DNA of 23,400 nt, taken from positions 1 through 23,400 of the forward strand of contig DASCPX010000011.1 in the NCBI GenBank assembly GCA_036012755.1. The letters run 5' to 3'. This stretch comes from Myxococcota bacterium. Its GTDB lineage: Bacteria > Myxococcota_A > UBA796 > CAJQPC01. Positions 15,783 through 23,248 of this stretch are shown in pieces (position 1 is the stretch's first letter; each line of letters opens with the position of its first letter). Under the pieces are notes generated by a model. It saw nothing but the letters and a program-made list of their open reading frames with translations, was not told where the DNA came from and did not search any database. The position numbers were made by a program, and so were the translations under genes.

Positions 15783-17945
15783 TCAGTCCAGCGACTTGTA
15801 GTGAAGGGGCTCGTGGACGCCCTCCGAGACGACCCAGTAGCCCGTGCCGTCGACGGAGAAGGCCATGGCCTCGGCCTGGCGTTCGCTGGGCGCCTCTCCG
15901 TCACAGGGTTCGCTCGAAAAAGCGGTGGCGAGGTCGTAGGCCTGGTCCCGCCGCATGATCCAGAGGTCCGAGTAGGTCCGGACACCGATGAGGTCTCCCA
16001 GGGGAGAGAAGTCCATCGCGGTCGTCGCGCCGCTCCCGGAGTAGGGAGCCTCCTTGTACTCGATGTCCGCTATCCAGACGAGCTCGGCGACATCCCCGTC
16101 GGCGTGGGGGGCGGCCTTGACGAAGACCCTGCTGTGGCCGTCGTAGTCCTTTGTCAGCACGACGAGGTCGCCGCTGACGGGGTCGATCGCGATGGCCTCG
16201 CTGTTGTAAGAGCCATCGGGGTAGGTCAGCGTCATGATGCCGAAGTCCTCGACGAGGATCTCGGCGGGGGCCTCCGCGTCGGTGTAGACCTCTGGCTCGG
16301 GCACGAGCAGGATCGTGTAGGTCTCGCGCATCATGCCGTTGTCGCCGACGTCGCCGACGAAGAGCACGCTGTCTCCGTCGATCTCTCCGAGCGCGATGTC
16401 CTCCCAGTCCCTCGCGGGGCCATCGATCTCGAAGTGGCCGAGGTCGGCGCCGTCTTGGCCGAAGGCAAAGAGCACGGGGGGGTTGCCGGCGTCGTTGTGG
16501 GTCCAGAACACCCCTGGATTGTCCTTGCTCTCAGCCAGCCCGGAGGCCTCGATGAGCTCGTCGCTGGCAAGCTCTCCGTGGGTCTGGTTCGGGCCGACGA
16601 CCGGGCAGTCCGCCGGCTCGACGACGACATCGATCGAGACCTCGCTCCGGGTGCCGTCCTCCTCTTCGACCACCGCGGACACCGGGAAGGTGCCAGAGGC
16701 CAGGTACAGCGCGTCGGCCGTGAGGCTCTCGACCGTGACGTCCTCGAGCGTCCAGGTGACACCCGCGACCTCGACGCAGTCGATGGAGAACTCGACGTCC
16801 AGAGGCACCTCGCCGGCGGCGGGCAGCGCCCAGATCTCGGGGCCATCGCCCTCGCAAGGCTGCTCCTGAGGCAGGAGCTCGACGAACCAGATCGGCTGCT
16901 CGGTCCCCTCGCTCAGGGTGTAGATGCCCGAGGAGTCCTCTGAGAAGACCAGGGCCTCGCCGGCAGGTTCGTCCGCGAAGGTGAGCGGACAGGGCTCCGC
17001 TGCGACGGCGGCAGCCAGGCTCTGGGAGCCATCGCGCAGCCAGAGCGCGGCGCCCTCGGTCGTGCGCAGGACGAGGTAGGCGCCGTGAGGGCTGAGCTCA
17101 CCACCGGTGGGACTGCCTTCGAGCTCCAGCGTGGCGATGAGCTCCAGCTCGGTCCGAGTGTCGGCCTCGTGGGGCGGCGCCTTCCGGTAGAGCCCGACCT
17201 CGCCCGAGGTGTCGACGGACACCAGCAGCAGGTCGCCGGTGAGGGGATCGAAGATGAGCGTGTTGGAATCGAGCGAGCGCCCCTCTGGGTAGTCGAGGTC
17301 CATCGAAGCCCAGTCCTCGACGGGGTTCTCGGCGGGATCGGGCACCATGAAGACGGTGACGAAGTCTCGCGAGTTGGTGTTGTCGCCGATGTCGCCGACG
17401 TAGAGGACGCCCTCGCCGGCGGTCATGTCCTCCCAGTCGATGGCCTCGGCCTCGGAGAGCTCGAAGATGCCGAGGTCGTCGCCCTCCGAGCTCATGGCGA
17501 AGAGCCGCGCGATGTCCCCGGAGTCGTTGTGGGACCAGAGCCCGAACTCGCCGAGCGCCAGGCCAGATGCCTCCGTCAGCTCGAGGTTCTCCACGACGCC
17601 GAGCTCGACAGGATCGAGCTGTTCGGGGCACTCGAGCGCTCCGACCTCGATCTCGATCTCGGCGCTGCCCGAGCGTCCCTTGGTGTCCGAGACCGTGAGC
17701 TCCACGCGGTGGGTACCCGAGGCGACGAAGGTGTAGTCGAGGACCGGACCGGTCAGGGTGGTGCCGTCCTCGAAGAGCCACAGGGCCTCGAAGTCCTCTT
17801 CGCAGGTCGACTCCGCGGTCAGCTCGACCGGCAGCGGCGCGAAGCCGTGGTCCCGGTCGAAGGCGATGTCCGCCTCGAGGGCGCAGCGCTCCCGCAGGGG
17901 CGGGTCGATGTGTGTGGGGAGCTTGCAGGCGAGGAGAAGGAGCAC
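15783..17945 (-). CDS. lipoprotein with two tandem [PKD + acidic beta-propeller-like] modules, 720 aa
   Basis: MLLLLAC; PKD-like GFAPLPVELTA...SGTHRVELTVSD and GEVPLDVEFS...SGTFPVSAVV; duplicated motifs EASGLA, W[ST]HND[SA]G, DWED[MI], VGD[IV]GDN, YP[ED]G, DP[LV][TS]GDL, SEG. Confidence 0.8.
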   Translation of the reverse strand: MLLLLACKLPTHIDPPLRERCALEADIAFDRDHGFAPLPVELTAESTCEEDFEALWLFEDGTTLTGPVLDYTFVASGTHRVELTVSDTKGRSGSAEIEIEVGALECPEQLDPVELGVVENLELTEASGLALGEFGLWSHNDSGDIARLFAMSSEGDDLGIFELSEAEAIDWEDMTAGEGVLYVGDIGDNTNSRDFVTVFMVPDPAENPVEDWASMDLDYPEGRSLDSNTLIFDPLTGDLLLVSVDTSGEVGLYRKAPPHEADTRTELELIATLELEGSPTGGELSPHGAYLVLRTTEGAALWLRDGSQSLAAAVAAEPCPLTFADEPAGEALVFSEDSSGIYTLSEGTEQPIWFVELLPQEQPCEGDGPEIWALPAAGEVPLDVEFSIDCVEVAGVTWTLEDVTVESLTADALYLASGTFPVSAVVEEEDGTRSEVSIDVVVEPADCPVVGPNQTHGELASDELIEASGLAESKDNPGVFWTHNDAGNPPVLFAFGQDGADLGHFEIDGPARDWEDIALGEIDGDSVLFVGDVGDNGMMRETYTILLVPEPEVYTDAEAPAEILVEDFGIMTLTYPDGSYNSEAIAIDPVSGDLVVLTKDYDGHSRVFVKAAPHADGDVAELVWIADIEYKEAPYSGSGATTAMDFSPLGDLIGVRTYSDLWIMRRDQAYDLATAFSSEPCDGEAPSERQAEAMAFSVDGTGYWVVSEGVHEPLHYKSLD

Positions 17946-18227
17946 TCAGAAACAGTAGCTCACCAGCTCGGCGTCCGAGGCGCTCGAAGACGGCACGTCG
18001 GTGCAGGTGCTCTCGCCGAAGCAGTCTCCGTCCGCAGCGCAGGGCCTCGCGCAGCTCATCGAGCCGAGGACGGAAGCGCACTGCTCCCCGCCGGGGCAGT
18101 CGGAGTCGATCTCGCAGGCCGGCCCCTGGCAGATGCCGTTCACGCAGGCGCCCTCGGGGCATCCGCGGTCGCTGGAGCAGGTCGCGTCGAGCTCGCTGAG
18201 GCAGCTCACCAGGAGGTAGATCAGCAT
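17946..18227 (-). CDS. small Cys-rich lipoprotein with three 4-Cys repeats, 93 aa
   Basis: ATG 18227 after GGAGGAAGG; MLIYLLVSC then 12 further Cys in repeats starting CSSDRGC, CEIDSDC, CAADGDC. Confidence 0.8.
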   Translation of the reverse strand: MLIYLLVSCLSELDATCSSDRGCPEGACVNGICQGPACEIDSDCPGGEQCASVLGSMSCARPCAADGDCFGESTCTDVPSSSASDAELVSYCF

Positions 18228-19553
18228 CCTTCCTCCACGAGCAGGACGGCGAGGTCCTCCATGCGTCCAGCCTCGCGGGAGAGGCTGACGCCGAGGTCCT
18301 CTTCCATGCCCTCGAGCAGATCGGCGGCGCCGGCGAGGCGGATCGCGGCTGCGTCGGCGAGGGCCGCGGCCTCGAAGACATCCACGAGACCACTGCATGA
18401 GCCCTCTGCGGCCTCCAGCGCGAGGGCCTCGTCGACGAGGGCGGCGAAGCGGAAGGCGCCCAGGCCGTCTGCGTGGATGGTCGTGAAGGGGTAGGCCTGG
18501 GTGTCGCCGGCGACCACATCCACCAAGGCCCCGTCGACCACGAGGCTGCCCAGGTGCGTGCCCTCTGGGAGAGCCAGCAGGTCGCCCTCGACCGGGCGCA
18601 GTACGAAGGCACGGGACCTGTCGGGGATGACACTGCCGAGCCAGGCACGATCGAGGGACTCGTCGCCCTCGTGCCCCAGCAGCCAGGTGTCCACGACCTC
18701 CCAGCCCTCCTCCGGTCGCATGACGAGCTCGACGTCGTTGGCCGCCGGGGCCAGGGAGCTGGCCAGGAGCTCCTCGAGGTCCTCGAGCTCCGCGAAGGCC
18801 ATGCGGCCGCCGGGGATGCGCTCCAGCTCCCATGCGAGCTCTCCGCCGAGGCGATTGCCAGCGCCCACCAGCGTGAGCCCGATGCCCGCGGCCCCTCGAG
18901 GGCGAGCGACATCCAGGAGCGCGTCTGTGTCGGATGGATCGTCCGTGACCAGCAGGACCCTGGAGCGCCGGTCGGGTCCGTGGTTCTTCGCGGCCTCCGA
19001 CAACGCCGTCTCCAGCCCGAGGACCACGTCGGTGGCGCCGTCCGAGTCGAGGTAGAGGGCGTCCTGGATCCGCCTGCGCTCAGAGCGCTCCCATCGAGCG
19101 CGGCGAGCGCCTGGTCCTCGCGCTGTCGGTGAAGGTGACGAGCGCCCCGAGATCGTCCAGGTCGAGCTCGGAGACCCGCTGGTCCAGACCCAGCCGCAGC
19201 GCGTCCATGCGGTCGGCCCCCATGGAGCCCGAGGTGTCGATGGCGATCACGAGGTTCTCGTCCACAGCGCTGGGCTCGGGCTCGAAGTCGAGGACCACCA
19301 GCACGCCATCCTCGCCCTCTGTGGAGCTGAACAGCGCCGTGGACAGCCGCGCGCACAGGTCGCCGAGGCAGTCTCCGTCCAGCGGTGTGTCCTGGCTCCA
19401 GAAGACAGCGGGGACGACGTAGTCCTCGCCCAGCCGAGGGACACGGCCCTCATCGATGGCGGCCTGGACACCGGCGAGCTCGTCGATGCCCGGGAGCCCC
19501 TCGACAACGTCGTTGTCGATGGTGGTGCCCGAGCAGGCCAGGAGCAGGATCAC
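18221..19553 (-). pseudogene. von Willebrand factor A (vWA) domain lipoprotein, frameshifted near 19080-19120
   Basis: 5' part MILLLAC...NLVIAIDTSGSMG...ALVTFTDSA (MIDAS DxSxS) stops at 19080; the domain resumes in another frame as ERRRIQDALYLDSDGATDVVLGLETA...RVLLVTDD...GIGLTLVGAG. Confidence 0.8.
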
Positions 19554-20230
19554 TGGAACAGGGCCTGCACTTCTTCCTTGTCGGAGGAGAAGGTGAACTG
19601 CTCGTTGAGCACGTAGCTGTTCTCCGGGTCGACGACGCGGGGCCGCAGGATGCGCACGACCTCGACCTGGTCGCTGCCGAAGGACAGGAGCTCGACGAGT
19701 TGGGCGACCTGGACGCAGGTGAAGTGGTGCGAGGTCGCGGCCGAGCGCACCAGGTCGAGCTGGTCCGAGCTGAAGGACTCGCCCTGGACTGCCGCGACGA
19801 GCTTCGTGAAGGCCGCCGCGTCCATCGGCTGTGGCGGACCCAGGGGGGGCTCGACCGGTGGGGGCCTGCCCTCTGTCTCGTCGAAGCTCACGTTCACCGA
19901 GAGCCCGAGCGGGCTGACGCCGGCGTGGAGGTCGACGACCTCTGTCTTCGCCATGTTCGGAAGCTGGCCTTCGCCGGTGACGCGCAGGGCGCGGTTTGCA
20001 TACTTCAAGCGCACCTGGTGATCGACGGGCACGTCGACCTTCTTCTCGGCGAGCAGCTCGCCACCGGCGGTGGTCACCCGGACCTCGTGCAGTCCGCCGG
20101 CCAGATCCAGCGCGGAGGCGACCATGGTGTCGCCGAAGTCGAGCACCTCGCCGTCGATCGTGACCACGACGGGGGAGCTGGCCTGGACCTGGACCTCGCC
20201 GGCCAGCGCGGTGGAGAGGAAGAACAACAT
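19550..20230 (-). CDS. exported DUF4476 domain protein with N-terminal PEGA-like beta domain, 226 aa
   Basis: Signal MLFFLSTALA; VVVTIDG...GLHEVRV; C-terminal MDAAAFTKLVAAVQGESFSSDQL...FTCVQV...FGSDQVEV...VVDPEN...FTFSSDKE. Confidence 0.82.
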   Translation of the reverse strand: MLFFLSTALAGEVQVQASSPVVVTIDGEVLDFGDTMVASALDLAGGLHEVRVTTAGGELLAEKKVDVPVDHQVRLKYANRALRVTGEGQLPNMAKTEVVDLHAGVSPLGLSVNVSFDETEGRPPPVEPPLGPPQPMDAAAFTKLVAAVQGESFSSDQLDLVRSAATSHHFTCVQVAQLVELLSFGSDQVEVVRILRPRVVDPENSYVLNEQFTFSSDKEEVQALFQ

Positions 20231-20237
20231 GGAGGCC

Positions 20238-21836
20238 TCAGTAGAGCTGGTAGATGCGGACGCGGTCGTCCTCTGCCAGGAGCACGAAGTTCGCACGTAT
20301 CATTCCCGCCGAGCGCACGAAGGCCTCCGCGATCAGCAGGTCCTTGTGCACGACGACGTAGCGCACACCTTGCTCCTCTGCGGTGCGGGAGACCTCGTCG
20401 GGGCCCTCGGACAGCCGCGCAGCAGTGAACACCTCGAGCGCAGCGCGGTTGGCTCCAGTGTTCAGCGAGGCCGCCAGGGGCTTGCCGTGGAGGACCTGCT
20501 CGTAGAGGTAGGCCCGGCTCGCAGTGACCGGCAGGTTCACCACCGCGCCGGCGGGAGCGTCGTCGAGGGCCTCCAGGGCGGGCGAGACGGGGACCTCGCT
20601 GAGCTCTGGCAGTCCAGCGGTCGGTGCGACGAAGAGGAACTCCAGCGCCACAACCGCCCCGGCGACGAGCCCGAGCCAGCGGTCCTCTCGCCTGGGCAGT
20701 GCTCGCTCGGCCATGGCTGCCAGCGCAAGGACCGCGGCACCGCTGAACCTGTACAGCAGCGACAGGGCGTCGAAGCCCGGCAGCTTCTCGAGCGCCAGGT
20801 ACGGCAGCGGGATCGCCCGTCCCTTGAAGCTGGCGGGGAAGCCGTCGAGGACGACGACCGGCCCCAGCGCGAGCACGATGGCGATAGCGAGAGCGATCCA
20901 CCAGGGCGCGGTGTCCCGACGACGCCAGGTCGCCACCAGGGCCAACAAGATCAAGGTGAAGCCGAGGTAGCTGGTGTGGACGTAGTCCCCGGGGCGCCCC
21001 TCCAGGTGCTGGAAGTCCGGGCTGCGGTACGGGCCCGGGACGAAGAAGGTGCGGACGTCCGCGGCGCCGAGGGTGCGGCGCAGCCTCGCCATGTCGTCGT
21101 CGTTCTTGATGTGGACCAGGCCGTCTTCTGCGCGGGCGACCTCGCGCACAGCGCGGGCCCAGGGAAGGGTCGCCCCCACCGCGAGCACGCCGACGAGGGC
21201 CAGGCGTGGCAGCCGGTGCACGACTAGCAGACCCAGGAGCAGGCACCAGGCGCCAATGCCCGCATACCAGCCGGACAGCGCGCAGGTGAACATCGCCAGC
21301 GCCGCGAGGCAGATCCGCCAGGCGCCGCCTCGCTCGACGACGGCCAACAGGGCCAGCCCGGCCAGGGGCAGCCAGCCCGCCGCGATGGCCTCTGAGGAGC
21401 CGTTGTGGACGTGGCTCAGGACGACCGGGGCCAGCATGTAGCCAAGGCCGGCGACGTAGCCCGTGCCCCCCAGCTTGCGGCCGAACGCGTGCGCCGCGAA
21501 GCCAGAGAAGACCAGGTGGCCGAGGACGAGCAGGCTGTATGCGACGACCGGCCCGAAGGCGGCGACGAGGGGGAAGCCCAGGAGCCCGTTGAGGGGGTCG
21601 GCCACGACGAGGCGTCCGCCGATGGGGAACTGGAGCAGATCGGTGTGGAGTGGCAGGCGACCCGACGCCAGCTCCTCGTACACGAACCACAACGACCAGA
21701 TGGAGTTCCAGGCGTCCGAGCGCTCCGCCCCCGGGATCACCCCGCCCGGATCGAGCACGACCGGCCACGTGAGCCAGGCGGCGACCAGGGGGTAGAGCGA
21801 CAACGGGAGCCACCGGCGCAACGTCGCGGCGCTCAA
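20238..21836 (-). CDS. second multi-pass membrane protein, probable GT-C-fold glycosyltransferase, 532 aa
   Basis: TTG start; WLTWP, RSDAWNSIW (loop Asp), FPIGG, YLG, LALGP, LPY, YRF; C-terminal AVVNLP...QVLHGKPL...GVRYVVVH; same layout as 6774-8420. Confidence 0.68.
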   Translation of the reverse strand: MSAATLRRWLPLSLYPLVAAWLTWPVVLDPGGVIPGAERSDAWNSIWSLWFVYEELASGRLPLHTDLLQFPIGGRLVVADPLNGLLGFPLVAAFGPVVAYSLLVLGHLVFSGFAAHAFGRKLGGTGYVAGLGYMLAPVVLSHVHNGSSEAIAAGWLPLAGLALLAVVERGGAWRICLAALAMFTCALSGWYAGIGAWCLLLGLLVVHRLPRLALVGVLAVGATLPWARAVREVARAEDGLVHIKNDDDMARLRRTLGAADVRTFFVPGPYRSPDFQHLEGRPGDYVHTSYLGFTLILLALVATWRRRDTAPWWIALAIAIVLALGPVVVLDGFPASFKGRAIPLPYLALEKLPGFDALSLLYRFSGAAVLALAAMAERALPRREDRWLGLVAGAVVALEFLFVAPTAGLPELSEVPVSPALEALDDAPAGAVVNLPVTASRAYLYEQVLHGKPLAASLNTGANRAALEVFTAARLSEGPDEVSRTAEEQGVRYVVVHKDLLIAEAFVRSAGMIRANFVLLAEDDRVRIYQLY

Positions 21837-21855
21837 GCAGTGGCACCCGGAGGAG

Positions 21856-22239
21856 TCACTCGCAGCAGTCCACGTCGAAGGTGATCCGCTCGGCGTCGGC
21901 GCCGGTGCTGACAGCCACCACGATCTGCCAGGCGCCCTCTACGTGGAAGCGCATCGGCGAGGCCGTCCAGAGCCCGCCTGCTTCACTGGCCATCTGGGGG
22001 TCGACGTCCATCCTGAGGTCATCCTCGGGCATGAGCGCGTCGGCGACGACGGTGAGCTCCGTCGGGGGCGTGACGATCAGGCTGAGCGCGAAGTCCTCGT
22101 CGAAGGGGATCGGAGTGGGCTCGGTGGTGTACTCGACGGTCCAGGTGCCCCCATCGGTGGTCCCGCTGGTGGCGAGGTTCAGCCCGCTGTCGCCCGAAGG
22201 ATCGGAGCAGGCGAGCAGCGCGAGGACGACCTTGAGCAC
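21856..22239 (-). CDS. YtkA/FixH-like Ig-fold lipoprotein, 127 aa
   Basis: MLKVVLALLAC; PTPIPFDEDFAL, DALMPE...M, MRFHVEGAWQIVVAV, ERITFDV; ends DCCE. Confidence 0.7.
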   Translation of the reverse strand: MLKVVLALLACSDPSGDSGLNLATSGTTDGGTWTVEYTTEPTPIPFDEDFALSLIVTPPTELTVVADALMPEDDLRMDVDPQMASEAGGLWTASPMRFHVEGAWQIVVAVSTGADAERITFDVDCCE

Positions 22240-22245
22240 ATCCGG

Positions 22246-22251
22246 AGCTTA
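22246..22251 (-). promoter_or_regulatory. putative -10 box TAAGCT, 6 nt before GTG 22239 (leaderless promoter of the envelope run)
   Basis: Minus strand TAAGCT-ccggat-GTG; no good SD. Confidence 0.55.
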
Positions 22252-22305
22252 GCCGGCTCAAGATCTCGCGCCAGGGACCGATTGGGCCCAAGACCTGGAG
22301 TCATC

Positions 22306-23172
22306 ATGGACCACGCTTGGACCCGCTTCGACGCCCGCTGGAACCTCTCTCCGAACACCCTCGGGAGCGAGCCCGTCTTCGTGCTCGCCGCCGGATGGCG
22401 CAGCGGCTCGACGCTGCTCCAGCGCCTGGTCTGCAGCTCCGGCGAGGTCCTCGTCTGGGGGGAGCCCTACGGCCGCGCCGGGCTCATCCCGGCCCTGACC
22501 CGCTCGGCGATGGCCCTGCGCGACGACTGGCCGACAGAGGGCCACTTCCCGGCTGACCTCGACCGCCTCCAGGACAAGTGGATCGCGAACCTCTATCCCC
22601 CGCCAGAGGCCCTGCGCGGCAGCATCGAGGCCATGCTCGAGACGCTGCTCGCCGAGCCGGCGCGCGCTCGTGGCTTCAAGCGCTTCGGGCTCAAGGAGGT
22701 CCGCCTCCAGGCCCTCGATGCGCGCCTGCTGCACTGGATCTACCCCGACGCCCGCTTCCTCTTCCTCGTCCGCAACCCCTGGGACGCCTGGTCGAGCTGC
22801 AAGGGCAGCGAGTGGTTCCTCCACTGGCCGGACCGCATCGTCTCGACCGCCGCGCAGTACGCCGTCCACTGGCGCCGCACGGTGGAGAGCTTCCTCCGCT
22901 GGCCCGGCGACGAGGGGATCCTCGTTCGCTACGAGGACATGAACCACCCCGACTTCGACCTCGGCTACCTGGCGAACCACTGCCGCCTGTCCTTCATCGA
23001 CGGCTCGGTGCTCGAGCACAAGCTCCGGGGCATGAAGAAGCCCCCGATCCCGCTCACGCTGCTCGAGACCGAGCAGATCCGCGCCGCAGCGGGCGAGCTG
23101 GCCCAGATCTGCGGCTACGAGGGCCCCACGACCCGACCCCAAGCGCAGCACGTCGCGCGACTCGCGCCATAG
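22306..23172 (+). CDS. PAPS-dependent sulfotransferase family protein, 288 aa
   Basis: ATG 22306 after GGAG; 5'-PSB loop PVFVLAAGWRSGSTLLQR; WGEP; GLKE; 3'-PB FLVRNPWDAWSS; VRYED. Confidence 0.88.
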   Translation: MDHAWTRFDARWNLSPNTLGSEPVFVLAAGWRSGSTLLQRLVCSSGEVLVWGEPYGRAGLIPALTRSAMALRDDWPTEGHFPADLDRLQDKWIANLYPPPEALRGSIEAMLETLLAEPARARGFKRFGLKEVRLQALDARLLHWIYPDARFLFLVRNPWDAWSSCKGSEWFLHWPDRIVSTAAQYAVHWRRTVESFLRWPGDEGILVRYEDMNHPDFDLGYLANHCRLSFIDGSVLEHKLRGMKKPPIPLTLLETEQIRAAAGELAQICGYEGPTTRPQAQHVARLAP

Positions 23173-23195
23173 ACGAGCCCAGCGAGGGTCTCCAC

Positions 23196-23231
23196 ATCAG
23201 CCCCTCGGGGTCCGCAGCCGGGGCGGCTGAT
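23196..23231. terminator. imperfect hairpin between convergent genes, possible terminator
   Basis: ATCAGCC-CCTCGG / 9-nt loop / CCGGGG-c-GGCTGAT: 13 pairs including one G-U, one bulge; no U tract. Confidence 0.35.
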
Positions 23232-23248
23232 CGCAGATGTCGACGCGG

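Noticed and set aside
17943..17948. In-frame TGA between the Cys-rich and PKD genes as selenocysteine or readthrough
   Set aside because: The downstream ORF starts with its own hydrophobic lipobox signal; no SECIS-like element recognised.
21830..21870. Possible frameshifted fusion of the YtkA-like gene into the GT-C-like gene via DSSGCHC
   Set aside because: Both ORFs look complete on their own; only seven plausible codons support it; cannot be judged without reads or homologues.
1902..22305. N-terminal extensions in the ORF track (starts 2159, 2808, 5950, 11314, 12162, 18833, 20296, 21943)
   Set aside because: They overlap neighbouring real genes. Internal starts at 1901, 4008, 6301, 11734, 12882, 18227, 20230 and 22306 coincide with RBS, stop-start overlaps, signal peptides or domain starts.
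543..23151. Many long overlapping ORFs in the track (543-1667, 1177-2454, 3951-5468, 6824-8218, 8783-10927, 12084-13688, 15801-16943, 17098-19356, 20074-21846, 22258-23151)
   Set aside because: Antisense or off-frame shadows of well-supported genes; Arg/Pro/Gly-rich with no motifs; expected in high-GC DNA with few stop codons.
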